This document shows, piece after piece, positions 36,951 to 50,787 of a DNA stretch of 64,000 bases. The DNA is from Nemertoderma westbladi (Eukaryota; Animalia; Xenacoelomorpha), in assembly GCA_032718475.1 (NCBI GenBank), contig JAUCBJ010007728.1, positions 62,001 to 126,000 of the forward strand. Direction: 5' to 3'. Positions within the stretch are counted from its first letter, which is position 1. The number at the start of each line of letters is the position of its first letter. The notes under the pieces were generated by a model. The model had not been told where the DNA came from. It was given only the letters and a program-made list of their open reading frames with translations, and did no database searches. The translations under genes were made by a program, and so were the position numbers.

Positions 36951-37329
36951 CTTACCTCCTTTACATCTACTCCCTTTACGTCTACTCGCCTACACGTGAC
37001 GCTCTGAATGCCGGCAGAGTGGGTACGTTAATTATGTGAACTACTACTAACTCTTCTAACTCTACTAACTCTCTACTAACTCTTACTAACTCTACTACTA
37101 ACTCTTACTAACTCTACTACTAACTCTCTACTAACTCTACTACTAACTCTCTACTAACTCTTTTTGTGCCCGGCACCTCTTGTGCCCGGCACCCACCCTA
37201 ATTAACATACCCTGCTCTTACATCAAACACCTCATCACGCCCGTGCCCCACTTAGTTCAATGCATTCCCTACTAACTCTAACTACGTGGCGCTTGCGGTG
37301 CCCACAACCACTCCGCTTACTACTTCCCT

Positions 37330-37630
37330 TCTAACTAACGGTACTACGTACCCTCTTACTAACCTAACTAACGGTACCACGTACCCTCTAACTAACTACT
37401 CTAACACTCCCTGCTAATGGTACTACGTACCCTCTAACTCTCTAACTAACGGTACTGCGTACCCTCTAACTCTATCTCTAACTAACGGTACTGCGTACCC
37501 TCTAACTCTCTCCTAACTAACGGTACTACGTACCCTCTAACTCTCTCCTAACTAACGGTACTACGTACCCTCTAACTCTTCTAACTCTACTAACTGACGG
37601 TACTACGTACCTCCTAACTAACTAACTAAC
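37330..37630. repeat. Internal minisatellite, core CTAACTAACGGTACTACGTACCCT
   Basis: About 8 units within CTA/CTAACT low-complexity sequence. Confidence 0.85.
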
Positions 37631-37833
37631 TAACTCCACTCTTACTACCTAACTTCTACCTACTTTATTATTTAATTATTTTATTGTTTTAATTAAATAA
37701 TTATTTTATATTTTGTGTGTGAGAATGGCGTCTCGCCCTCATTCCCACCCCCCTCAGTCCAAAACTTTGGACGACTAAAAACTCTCACGTGCCCCTTCTT
37801 CCGGTAGGCACACTTCTGCTGCCCTCCTATACG

Positions 37834-40800
37834 TCATCTAACTCTTCGCCACACTCTCTTCGGTGCTACCTTTGCTGGCCTCCCCCTTCGTATGTGCACT
37901 GGCATTAAAGGCCTCGACGACCCCCGCTCGTTCCTTGGTACACATGGCGTCTGCCCGTGCAATGCCCCCTCGCACTGTGTCCGTCCTGCGTGTGTATGCA
38001 ACACGCCTCCTCCTACTTTCCCGACTCCCTTATGTTTGCTAATGGGCTTCTCTGCCCCTGGTTTAGTCCTTTCATATCCTCTCCCTTTCCAACACTCTCC
38101 GGATCTGTGTCCTTTTACCACACATCGATGACATAGTCCGTTTGCGTCTGTGTAGGCTACACGATCTCGTTTGGGCAACGCTTGCCAGTACTTACAACTC
38201 CTGGTCTTATGGGTTCCGTCCCGATGTAATTGACATTCGAATCCTGGATTATAGCGTTTCCTGTATAGTCCTTCACGTATCGCGCGTAGGTTTATATGTA
38301 CCGATTTAGTGTTTCGATTGTCTATACTCGGCCTACTGGGTATATTGGGATTGTGTTTATTTTTGGTGTTATTTTCTTTCTGTCCCTGCCACGGTGTGGC
38401 CCTGCTACCAGCTAACTGTGGACTAGCAGTCCCCTGTATGGCCGCGTGTGGTAGTGACTGTCCGCACGACCTGTTCTCGTCCAAGGGGTTCGATGTTCTC
38501 GCTCCTATTGGGGTATATTGTCGATATTGTGATGGGGGAATGTCACCCTGTCCCCCCCCAGCCGGTATGTTTGGTACTGGGGTTGATGTTAATAAATTGG
38601 GGCCCACACATCTATCTCCAATAACTCTCCCCTCCCCTGGATATATGTCATGTCCCTGTGTATTATAGTCATGCTGCTGTACCGATATAGGCCTACCTAC
38701 CTCTCGCCTACCTACCGGTATGTACTCCGCGACTTCCGGGTTTAATCCCGTCGTCCGCGCTACCCTATCGCCCACTCTATCTCTCCCAGCATGGCCTATA
38801 ATAGTATGTGCAGTAAGGCCTACAGTATGTCCTGCAGTCTGCATGTGCCCTTTCGAACCGAAGTTTGATCTTCGCGAATCTCGAATCTCCCGGCGACTAC
38901 CGTACTCTCGATCGGCAGCTATATCCCGTCGGGAAGCTTCTCTCCGATCCCCTCTCCTGTTCTCGACTCTGTATTGGTACGTCTTGTACCCCTCTCTTGG
39001 CGTGCGGTGCGTTTCTCCGGGGCGACGGCAATCTCCCGAAGTTCGACCCAACTGGCTCCCTGACTCCATCTCTACTATCGACGGTCCGTTATCCGTCCTC
39101 GCACTCCTATCGTGCGTGGCGACACCTTTTCTACTATCTCCTCTTCTTCTCTTTTCAGTGCAGTATTCCGGCTCATGAGATCTCTCGTCGACCTCCCGGT
39201 TAAACTCCACTGTTCTTCTTCCCTCTTCTGATCGGGCTCGACGCTTCGTCTGCCCTCTCGCTACGTCAACCTGCTTCTCTCTGCTCGATCGCACGCCGCT
39301 GGGGATACTCGCAATCCCCCTATTACTCTCCTTCGCCGGGTGTTGCGGTTTACCTGATTCGGCCCGCGCATTATCCGCTGACGGCTGAGGGACACTCTCT
39401 GCCCCCCCTCTCTCTCTACTAATCTCTCGCGGCGGGGTTCCCGTATCCCCCCCCCCCCCACCCGCCACTTCTAACTTCACTATCTCTTACTACACCTTTG
39501 CGTCCCTCTTGTCGGACACTCTCTACCCCCCTTCTCTCGCCACTAATCTCTCGCGGTGGGGTGCCCGTAGCCCCCCCCCCCCCACCCGCCACTTCTAACT
39601 TCACTACCTCTTACTACACTTCTACACCCCTCTTGTGGGGCATTCTCTGCCCCCCCCCCTCTCTCGCCACTAATCTTATGTGGTGGGGCGCTCGTAGCCC
39701 CCCCCCCCCCCCCCCACTCGCCACATCTTACTTCACTATCTCTTACTTCGTCTCTACACCCCTCTCTAGTCGACGCACTGTCTCTACTACGGCTGGGTCT
39801 ATTCACCCCCGCCTCTCTCTCTACTACTGCATGGCCCACCAGGCCCACCTCGGGTTGGCTCAACCCCGCTACCTCCTGCCTACCAACTACGTGGCCTACC
39901 AGGCCACCGTCGGGTTGGCTCAACCCTGCCACTTCCTGCCTACTAACTACGTGGCCTACCAGGCCCTCGTCTGCTGAGTTATGTACGTCCGACACGCTCA
40001 TATTAATAGCACCATTCCCAATATTATTTGTTAAATCAATTAAATTGTTAGAATTTGAAACGAGATTTAAATTATTTAAATTAGAGTTATTATTATTTTC
40101 AAAATTTAAATTATTATTCGAATTATTTGAATTATTCTGAATATTTGAATTAATGTTATTATTTGAATTTAAATTTAAATAATTACTACCAGGTAAAATA
40201 TTATTTGCTGCAATAAAGGGATTAGGGTTATTTACTACGGTACTATTAATATTAACTACTTCTAACGTACTACTACTACCCCCCCCCCCCCCCCGCCCGT
40301 TCGGCTACACCAGTTCTGGTTCTCCCGCCCGGTGCCTGTGAGTGGGGGCTCACTCTCTGATATCTCCAACCGCGCCAGTTCTAGTCGGCGCCGTTTAAGT
40401 TTGGCCCAATATTGCGCAAGCACCGCCAGTCGGACAAGCAAACCATCCTGCGTACGTTGTTCCTTTATCTCTCTCTCTCTGCACACTCGGAAATCTAGCT
40501 CGGCCGTCTCTCTCGCAAGCATCTCAGACCGCCTCGCCGGCTCGCTCTCTATTCTCCTCTCCCGATCTCTATGCTCCTCGGCCCTCTCTCTATCCTCCCT
40601 TACCAACTCTAATAATGCGGTTTGCTCTCTCAATTGCCCCTCTAACTGTTTCCGCTCTGCCGCCGCCATTTCTAATTTATACTCTAAATTTTTTCTCCGC
40701 ACCCGTCTTTCTTTTTCGGAGGATGTAGCAGACTTATCGGTTGCGACGGACTCCCGTCGCCCCTCCGTCCTACCAACTTTCCCCCGCCTCCCGGAACTTC

Positions 40801-41483
40801 CTCCGACCGACGAGACCGAATCCTCGGAGTTAACCTCGGATTCGCCCTCCTCAGGTCTCTTCCAACCCACTAATTTTACTCCCCGGGCATCGACTAAGTA
40901 TGGCCCTACGTACACTACGCTAGGTTCCATACCCCTACACTCCCATAGTTCAATCAGTTCATTGGCAACTCCCCTCGCCCTCTCCTCGGCTAGTTCTCTC
41001 TGCCCAAAATGCATTAGGTAATCAAAGTGTTTATTCGACTCACCTAGTCGTTTCCTCAGTCTCACCTCGTCTATCTTCGCCCCTCCTTTGGCCTCTCTCA
41101 GTCGCTCCCTGGTCGCGAGGTAGGCTCGTCGAAGTCGATCAGAAACCCCGACGTCCTCGTCGCCGACCTCTCTTCCGTCTCTCCGGGTCCAACGTCGTAC
41201 CGACGGCCCCACCGTCGCCGTTCCGGTGGACCGTTCGTCGTCCTCGACCTGTGGCTGGCCGGCGACATCGGTACGTCGACCCTCGCTCCGCGTCGACTCG
41301 TCTTTCGACTCCCGACTCGTCTCTTCCTTCTCGTTGTAGACCCCCCCCCTCCGTTTGGATTGCCGGATCGTCTGTAGTCGACGGATCCGGCGTCGTGGGT
41401 CGATGCCGTCTCGCCGCGGCCTCGCGGATCGTTAGGTTGTCGTCCGGGGTCCACGGCGGCGTCGTCTCTCCTATTCGGCTCAT
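37834..41483 (-). pseudogene. gag: Fragmented gag-like coding region of the pol-less element
   Basis: ORF pieces 41483-41139, 41212-40262 (coiled coil) and 39480-37834 ending in CQLHRDGTHKTRSC and CHRCVVKGHRSGEC knuckles; interrupted by poly-G runs and an AT-rich island. Confidence 0.65.
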
Positions 41484-41509
41484 CTTTGTCTTTGGTGGCT
41501 GGCAGCCAC

Positions 41510-41647
41510 AGTCTGTCAGTTGGTTGGATCTAGTTCTATCACTGTCAGACTGTTAGGGCAGCTGCTAGGATTCTATCACTGTCAGGGCAGCTGGGCGGAT
41601 CTGATTCTATCACTGTCAGGGCAGCTGGGTGGATCTAATTCTATCAC
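41510..41647 (-). repeat. Four tandem ~34-37 bp units at the PBS position, each containing ACAGTGATAGAA (minus strand)
   Basis: TTCTATCACTGT at 41534, 41571, 41605, 41639; last copy overlaps the LTR boundary. Confidence 0.85.
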
Positions 41648-42197
41648 TGTGACGGGATCTACGGATCCCGGTTTATCCGTTGGGTTTTCTATCCACGCGT
41701 CCCCGCCGTGTGTGAAAGGTAAAAGAGTTCTGATGTTCGGTAATATGTATAAAGGTATAATAGTCTGATATAGCACAGTATAGTATGACACGGTTACCGG
41801 TAGATAAGTATGATGGCGGTAGCGGACGGTGATAGAAGTCACCGTTCCACCCTACTGAACCGACTGAGTAAACTGAGTAACTGGTTGCATCGACCGGTAA
41901 TATATGTACTGCACAGTTGGCCATATTACTGTACCTAGTCGATGTTGTCCCCCCATTGGCTAATATCCCACTTCTCGCCCTTTCACCTTCCCTGGTGTGT
42001 TTCCCGTTGCCCCTGTTGTTCTCTCTCTGTTAGGGGTTTGGCCCCTGACCCCTATTGTGTGTGTCTCCTTTGGGGCCTATTGTCCCCATTTACTGGGGTG
42101 ACACGAGGTTGATTGGTAATCAACCTCGTGCTCCCAATATTGCTCAATCAACGGCTTACTTTGTGGGTTCATGTTAGCGGAATTGGATAAGCTAACA
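41648..42197 (-). repeat. 5' LTR of pol-less element (550 bp)
   Basis: Direct repeat of 35043-35588, differences concentrated in the last ~110 bp. Confidence 0.93.
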
Positions 42198-45100
42198 CTG
42201 ATTTTTTACAAAAACCATCTCGATTTTCATATTTATAACTTCTATCCCACTCCACGAGATAGAGAATCTTAAATGAATGTCAAAAGAACAGGTAACACTT
42301 ATATTTATAGCAGTAATCAGCTGTTATTTGCTACGTCTTTCCACTGAAGATGGATGAATTTTGATTGCGTTGGAACACACCCTATCTGTGGCTGTCTGAG
42401 TGGAGAGATAAGTAGCCTATCTCCCTGTTAATATTGTTGTGTTCTAGAATATTTATTATGGTTTCATCGTATTGCCAAAGTGACTAGAGCTGAAGTTGAC
42501 TCATAATACAACAATTCACCTCAAATATCTCAGCTATTTCATGAACATAATGAAGTATTAAAGCCATGTCGAAATCCTTGGTGTTTTTCTGCAATAATTT
42601 ATCAAAATATCCTCTGTTTTTTTACAAAAAGCATATCGATTTTCATATTTATAACTTCTATCCCACTCCACGAGATAGAGAATCTTAAATGAATGTCAAA
42701 AGAACAGGTAACACTTACATTTATAGCAGTAATCAGCTGTTATATGCTACGTATTTCCGTTGGAGATGAATGCGTTTTGAATGCGTTGGAACAACCCCTA
42801 TCTGTGGCTGTCTGAGTGGAGCGATAAGTAGCCTATATCCTTGTTAATATTGTTGTGTTCTAGAATATTTTTTATAGTTTCATCGTATTGCCAAAGTGAC
42901 TGGAGCTAAAGTTATTATGTAATGCAATAAATCACCTCAAATATCTCAGCTATTTCATGAACATAATGAAGTATTAAAGCCATGTCAAAATCATTGGTGT
43001 TTTTCTGCAATAATTTATCAAAATATCCTCTGATTTTTTACAAAAACTATATCGATTTTCATATTTATAACTTCTATCCCACTCCACGAGATAGAGAATC
43101 TTAAATGAAAGTCACAAGAACAGGTAACACTTACATTTATAGAAGTAATCAGCTGTTATTTGCTACGTCTTTCCGCTGAGGATGAATGAATTTTGATTGT
43201 GTCAGAACACCCCTTATCTGTGGTTGTATGAGTGGAGAGATAAGTAGCCTAACTCCCTATTAATATTGTTGTGTTCTAGAATATTTATTATTGTTTCATC
43301 GTATTGCTAAAGTGGCTGGAGCTAAAGTTATTATGTAATGCAATAAATCACCTCAAATATCTCAGCTATTTCATGAACATAATGAAGTATTAAAGCCATG
43401 TCAAAATCATTGGTGTTTTTCTGCAATAATATATCAAAATATCCTCTGATTTTTTACAAAAACCATATCGATTTTCTTATTTATATCTTCTAACCCACCC
43501 CTCCACGAGATAGAGAATCTTAAATGAAAGTCAAAAGAACAGGTAACACTTACATTTATAGAAGTAATCACCTGTTATTTGCTACGTCTTTCCGCTGAAG
43601 ATGAATGAATTTTGATTGTGTCAAAAACACCCCCTATCTGTGGTTGTATGAGTGGAGAGATAAGTAGCCTATCTCCCTATTATTATTGTTGTGTTCTAGA
43701 ATATTTTTTATAGTTTCATCGTATTGCCAAAGTGACTGGAGCTAAAGTTATTATGTAATGCAATAATTCACCTCAAATATCTCAGCTATTTCATGAACAT
43801 AATGAAGTAATCAAGCCATCTCGAAATCCTTGGTGTTTTTCTGCAATAATTTATCAGAATATCCTCTGTTTTTTTTACAAAAACCATATCGATTTTCATA
43901 TTTATAACTTCTAACCCACTCCAAGAGATAGAGAATCTTAAATGAAAGTCACAAGAACAGGTAACACTTACATTTATAGAAGTAATCAGCTGTTATTTGC
44001 TACGTCTTTCCGCTGAGGATGAATGAATTTTGATTGTGTCAGAACACCCCCTATCTGTGGTTGTATGAGTGGAGAGATAAGTAGCCTAACTCCCTATTAA
44101 TATTATTGTGTTCTAGAATATTTATTATTGTTTCATCGTATTGCTAAAGTGGCTGGAGCTAAAGTTATTATGTAATGCAATAAATCACCTCAAATATCTC
44201 AGCTATTTCATGAACATAATGAAGTATTAAAGCCATGTCAAAATCATTGGTGTTTTTCTGCAATAATATATCAAAATATCCTCTGATTTTTTACAAAAAC
44301 CATATCGATTTTCTTATTTATATCTTCTAACCCACCCCTCCACGAGATAGAGAATCTTAAATGAAAGTCAAAAGAACAGGTAACACTTACATTTATAGAA
44401 GTAATCACCTGTTATTTGCTACGTCTTTCCGCTGAAGATGAATGAATTTTGATTGTGTCAAAAACACCCCCTATCTGTGGTTGTATGAGTGGAGAGATAA
44501 GTAGCCTAACTCCCTATTAATATTGTTGTGTTCTAGAATATTTTTTATGGTTTCATCGTATTGCCAAAGTAACTGGAGTTGAAGTTAACTCATAATACAA
44601 TAATTCACCTCAAATATCTCAGCTATTTCATGAACATAATGAAGTATTAAAGCCATGTCAAAATCCTTGGTGTTTTTCTGCAATAATTTATCAAAATATC
44701 CTCTGATGTTTTTCAAAAACCATATCGATTTTCATATTTATAACTTCTATCACACTCCACGAGATAGAGAATCTTAAATGAACGTCAAAAGAACAGGTAA
44801 CACTTACATTTATAGCAGGAATCAGCTGTTATATGCTACGTATTTCCGCTGGAGATGAATGAATTTTGATTGTATCAGAACACCCCTATCTGTGGTTGTA
44901 TGAGTGGAGAGATAAGTATCCTATCTCCCTATTAATATTGTTTTGTTCTAGAATATTTATTATGGTTTCATCGTATTGTCAAAGTGACTGGAGTTGAAGT
45001 TAACTCATAATACAATAATTCACCTCAAATATCTCAGCTATTTCATGAACATAATGAAGTATTAAAGCCATGTCAAAATCCTTGGTGTTTTTCTGCAATA

Positions 45101-48100
45101 ATTTATCAAAATATCCTCTATTTTTTTCCAAAAACCATATCGATTTTCTTATTTATAACTTCTAACCCACTGATAGAGATAAAGAATCTTAAATGAAAGT
45201 CCCAAGAACAGGTAACACTTACATTTATAGAAGTAATCACCTGTTATTTGCTACGTCTTTCCGCTGAAGATGAATGAATTTTGATTGTGTCAAAAACACC
45301 CCCTATCTGTGGTTGTATGAGTGGAGAGATAAGTAGCCTAACTCCCTATTAATATTGTTGTGTTCTAGAATATTTTTTATGGTTTCATCGTATTGCCAAA
45401 GTAACTGGAGTTGAAGTTAACTCATAATACAATAATTCACCTCAAATATCTCAGCTATTTCATGAACATAATGAAGTATTAAAGCCATGTCAAAATCCTT
45501 GGTGTTTTTCTGCAATAATTTATCAAAATATCCTCTGATGTTTTTCAAAAACCATATCGATTTTCATATTTATAACTTCTATCACACTCCACGAGATAGA
45601 GAATCTTAAATGAACGTCAAAAGAACAGGTAACACTTACATTTATAGCAGGAATCAGCTGTTATATGCTACGTATTTCCGCTGGAGATGAATGAATTTTG
45701 ATTGTATCAGAACACCCCTATCTGTGGTTGTATGAGTGGAGAGATAAGTATCCTATCTCCCTATTAATATTGTTTTGTTCTAGAATATTTATTATGGTTT
45801 CATCGTATTGTCAAAGTGACTGGAGTTGAAGTTTACTCATAATACAATAATTCACCTCAAATATCTCAGCTATTTCATGAACATAATGAAGTATTAAAGC
45901 CATGTCAAAATCCTTGGTGTTTTTCTGCAATAATTTATCAAAATATCCTCTATTTTTTTCCAAAAACCATATCGATTTTCTTATTTATATCTTCTAACCC
46001 ACCCCTCCACGAGATAGAGAATCTTAAATGAAAGTCAAAAGAACAGGTAACACTTACATTTATAGAAGTAATCACCTGTTATTTGCTACGTCTTTCCGCT
46101 GAAGATGAATGAATTTTGATTGTGTCAAAAACACCCCATATCTGTGGTTGTATGAGTGGAGAGATAAGTAGCCTATCTCCCTATTAATATTGTTGTGTTC
46201 TAGAATATATTTTATAGTTTCATCGTATTGCCAAAGTGACTGGAGCTAAAGTTATTATGTAATGCAATAATTCACCTCAAATATCTCAGCTATTTCATGA
46301 ACATAATGAAGTATTAAAGCCATGTCAAAATCCTTGGTGTTTTTCTGCAATAATTTATCAAAATATCCTCTGATTTTTTACAAAAACCATATCGATTTTC
46401 ATATTTATAACTTCTAACCCACTCCAAGAGATAGAGAATCTTAAATGAAAGTCACAAGAACAGGTAACACTTACATTTATAGAAGTAATCAGCTGTTATT
46501 TGCTACGTCTTTCCGCTGAGGATGAATGAATTTTGATTGTGTCAGAACACCCCCTATCTGTGGTTGTATGAGTGGAGAGATAAGTAGCCTAACTCCCTAT
46601 TAATATTGTTGTGTTCTAGAATATTTATTATTGTTTCATCGTATTGCTAAAGTGGCTGGAGCTAAAGTTATTATGTAATGCAATAAATCACCTCAAATAT
46701 CTCAGCTATTTCATGAACATAATGAAGTATTAAAGCCATGTCAAAATCATTGGTGTTTTTCTGCAATAATATATCAAAATATCCTCTGATTTTTTACAAA
46801 AACCATATCGATTTTCTTATTTATATCTTCTAACCCACCCCTCCACGAGATAGAGAATCTTAAATGACAGTCAAAAGAACAGGTAACACTTACATTTATA
46901 GAAGTAATCACCTGTTATTTGCTACGTCTTTCCGCTGAAGATGAATGAATTTTGATTGTGTCAAAAACACCCCCTATCTGTGGTTGTATGAGTGGAGAGA
47001 TAAGTAGCCTAACTCCCTATTAATATTGTTGTGTTCTAGAATATTTTTTATGGTTTCATCGTATTGCCAAAGTAACTGGAGTTGAAGTTAACTCATAATA
47101 CAATAATTCACCTCAAATATCTCAGCTATTTCATGAACATAATGAAGTATTAAAGCCATGTCAAAATCCTTGGTGTTTTTCTGCAATAATTTATCAAAAT
47201 ATCCTCTGATGTTTTTCAAAAACCATATCGATTTTCATATTTATAACTTCTATCACACTCCACGAGATAGAGAATCTTAAATGAACGTCAAAAGAACAGG
47301 TAACACTTACATTTATAGCAGGAATCAGCTGTTATATGCTACGTATTTCCGCTGGAGATGAATGAATTTTGATTGTATCAGAACACCCCTATCTGTGGTT
47401 GTATGAGTGGAGAGATAAGTATCCTATCTCCCTATTAATATTGTTTTGTTCTAGAATATTTATTATGGTTTCATCGTATTGTCAAAGTGACTGGAGTTGA
47501 AGTTAACTCATAATACAATAATTCACCTCAAATATCTCAGCTATTTCATGAACATAATGAAGTATTAAAGCCATGTCAAAATCCTTGGTGTTTTTCTGCA
47601 ATAATTTATCAAAATATCCTCTATTTTTTTCCAAAAACCATATCGATTTTCTTATTTATAACTTCTAACCCACTGATAGAGATAAAGAATCTTAAATGAA
47701 AGTCCCAAGAACAGGTAACACTTACATTTATAGAAGTAATCACCTGTTATTTGCTACGTCTTTCCGCTGAAGATGAATGAATTTTGATTGTGTCAAAAAC
47801 ACCCCCTATCTGTGGTTGTATGAGTGGAGAGATAAGTAGCCTAACTCCCTATTAATATTGTTGTGTTCTAGAATATTTTTTATGGTTTCATCGTATTGCC
47901 AAAGTAACTGGAGTTGAAGTTAACTCATAATACAATAATTCACCTCAAATATCTCAGCTATTTCATGAACATAATGAAGTATTAAAGCCATGTCAAAATC
48001 CTTGGTGTTTTTCTGCAATAATTTATCAAAATATCCTCTGATGTTTTTCAAAAACCATATCGATTTTCATATTTATAACTTCTATCACACTCCACGAGAT

Positions 48101-50181
48101 AGAGAATCTTAAATGAACGTCAAAAGAACAGGTAACACTTACATTTATAGCAGGAATCAGCTGTTATATGCTACGTATTTCCGCTGGAGATGAATGAATT
48201 TTGATTGTATCAGAACACCCTTATCTGTGGTTGTATGAGTGGAGAGATAAGTATCCTATCTCCCTATTAATATTGTTTTGTTCTAGAATATTTATTATGG
48301 TTTCATCGTATTGTCAAAGTGACTGGAGTTGAAGTTTACTCATAATACAATAATTCACCTCAAATATCTCAGCTATTTCATGAACATAATGAAGTATTAA
48401 AGCCATGTCAAAATCCTTGGTGTTTTTCTGCAATAATTTATCAAAATATCCTCTATTTTTTTCCAAAAACCATATCGATTTTCTTATTTATATCTTCTAA
48501 CCCACCCCTCCACGAGATAGAGAATCTTAAATGAAAGTCAAAAGAACAGGTAACACTTACATTTATAGAAGTAATCACCTGTTATTTGCTACGTCTTTCC
48601 GCTGAAGATGAATGAATTTTGATTGTGTCAAAAACACCCCATATCTGTGGTTGTATGAGTGGAGAGATAAGTAGCCTATCTCCCTATTAATATTGTTGTG
48701 TTCTAGAATATATTTTATAGTTTCATCGTATTGCCAAAGTGACTGGAGCTAAAGTTATTATGTAATGCAATAATTCACCTCAAATATCTCAGCTATTTCA
48801 TGAACATAATGAAGTATTAAAGCCATGTCAAAATCCTTGGTGTTTTTCTGCAATAATTTATCAAAATATCCTCTGATTTTTTACAAAAACTATATCGATT
48901 TTCATATTTATAACTTCTATCCCACTCCACGAGATAGAGAATCTTAAATGAAAGTCACAAGAACAGGTAACACTTACATTTATAGAAGTAATCAGCTGTT
49001 ATTTGCTACGTCTTTCCGCTGAGGATGAATGAATTTTGATTGTGTCAGAACACCCCCTATCTGTGGTTGTATGAGTGGAGAGATAAGTAGCCTATCTCCC
49101 TATTAATATTGCTGTGTTCTAGAATATTTATTATTGTTTCATCGTATTGCTAAAGTGGCTGGAGCTAAAGTTATTATGTAATGCAATAATTCACCTCAAA
49201 TATCTCAGCTATTTCATGAACATAATGAAGTATTAAAGCCATGTCAAAATCATTGATTTTTTTCAAAAACCATATCGATTTTCTTATTTATATCTTCTAA
49301 CCCACTCCTCCACGAGATAGAGAATCTTAAATGAAAGTCAAAAGAACAGGTAACACTTACATTTATAGAAGTAATCAGCTGTTATTTGCTACGTCTTTCC
49401 GCTGAAGATGAATGAATTTTGATTGTGTTAAAAACACCCCCTATCTGTGGTTGTATGAGTGGAGAGATAAGTAGCCTATCTCCCTATTAATATTGTTGTG
49501 TTCTAGAATATTTTTTATAGTTTCATCGTATTGCCAAAGTGACTGGAGCTAAAGTTATTATGTAATGCAATAATTCACCTCAAATATCTCAGCTATTTCA
49601 TGAACATAATGAAGTATTAAAGCCATGTCAAAATCCTTGGTGTTTTTCTGCAATAATTTATCAAAATATCCTCTGATTTTTTACAAAAACTATATCGATT
49701 TTCATATTTATAACTTCTATCCCACTCCACGAGATAGAGAATCTTAAATGAAAGTCACAAGAACAGGTAACACTTACATTTATAGAAGTAATCAGCTGTT
49801 ATTTGCTACGTCTTTCCGCTGAGGATGAATGAATTTTGATTGTGTCAGAACACCCCCTATCTGTGGTTGTATGAGTGGAGAGATAAGTAGCCTAACTCCC
49901 TATTAATATTGTTGTGTTCTAGAATATTTTTTATGGTTTCATCGTATTGCCAAAGTAACTGGAGTTGAAGTTAACTCATAATACAATAATTCACCTCAAA
50001 TATATCAGCTATTTCATGAACATAATGAAGTATTAAAGCCATGTCAAAATCCTTGGTGTTTTTCTGCAATAATTTATCAAAATATCCTCTGATGTTTTTC
50101 AAAAACCCTATCGATTTTCATATTTATAACTTCTATCACACTCCACGAGATAGAGAATCTTAAATGAACGTCAAAAGAACA
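42198..50181 (+). repeat. Satellite block 3 (~19 monomers) containing a duplicated 6-monomer, 2503-bp unit
   Basis: Variants GATAAAGAAT 45178/47681 and ACACCCCATA 46131/48634 recur at a 2503 offset. Confidence 0.97.
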
Positions 50182-50787
50182 ATATATTGTAATATAAACG
50201 CGGGAAATTTAAAAACTTAAACAACAAACAGTTAAAACTGCACCACCACCAAACACAGTAAATATAAATTGAATAGATTGTTTTTATGTTTATATATTAT
50301 TTTACACCTACATTGTACCACAGTACTACACCGGTTGCCAGCTTTCTGGCAGCCCAGCGCCATCATCCGGCCCCCGAGCGCTTCTCCACTTGGTGCGGGA
50401 GCCCTGCAGACAGTGAGTGGCCCCTCTAATAATGGCCAACTGAACCCGCGTACGGATCCAGCCCATTGTGACGCTATAGGGCCGCCCCCACGATCGGTGC
50501 AGCCGGTCTGCCACCACACGGAGAAGATGGTTCGCTTGCGGCGCGATAACTCCGTCGCATGAGGCGACGAACGGCGAGAAGTCGCCCCGTCGGGCTGTCA
50601 CTGCGTCCGCGTACAGCCTCTTCTTCTGGTCCTCGGCTGACTCCAGGACAGACATTGGGGTGCGACCCGCATATGACCCGGCGTCAAGGTTTACAACCCG
50701 AATATCGATCAACGCCTGGGTCTGCGGGTTTAGCGCACCCCGAATCCCCACATCACAACGGAGACCTGCTGCTCCGTCTACTCCCTG
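50182..50787 (-). mobile_element. 5'-truncated non-LTR retrotransposon, CRE-like, restriction-like endonuclease C-terminus plus 3' UTR
   Basis: 10-bp TSD CAAAAGAACA (50172-50181, 50788-50797); peptide LRCDVGIRG..LIDIRV..EDQKKRLY..FSPFVASCDG..CLQGSR fits the RLE domain of CRE-clade elements; stop at 50326. Confidence 0.85.

Larger units (their letters stand above)
35043..42197 (-). mobile_element. Non-autonomous (pol-less, LARD-like) LTR retroelement with degenerate BEL-like gag, 7.15 kb
   Basis: TG..CA LTRs 35043-35588 and 41648-42197; 5-bp TSD CTGAT (35038-35042, 42198-42202); PPT GGGGGGAG on minus strand at 35589-35596; no RT, RH or IN motifs. Confidence 0.93.

Noticed and set aside
36180-37160. 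Interstitial telomeric repeat (CTAA-rich)
   Set aside because: Irregular CTA/CTAACT words without a fixed telomere unit, inside an LTR element.
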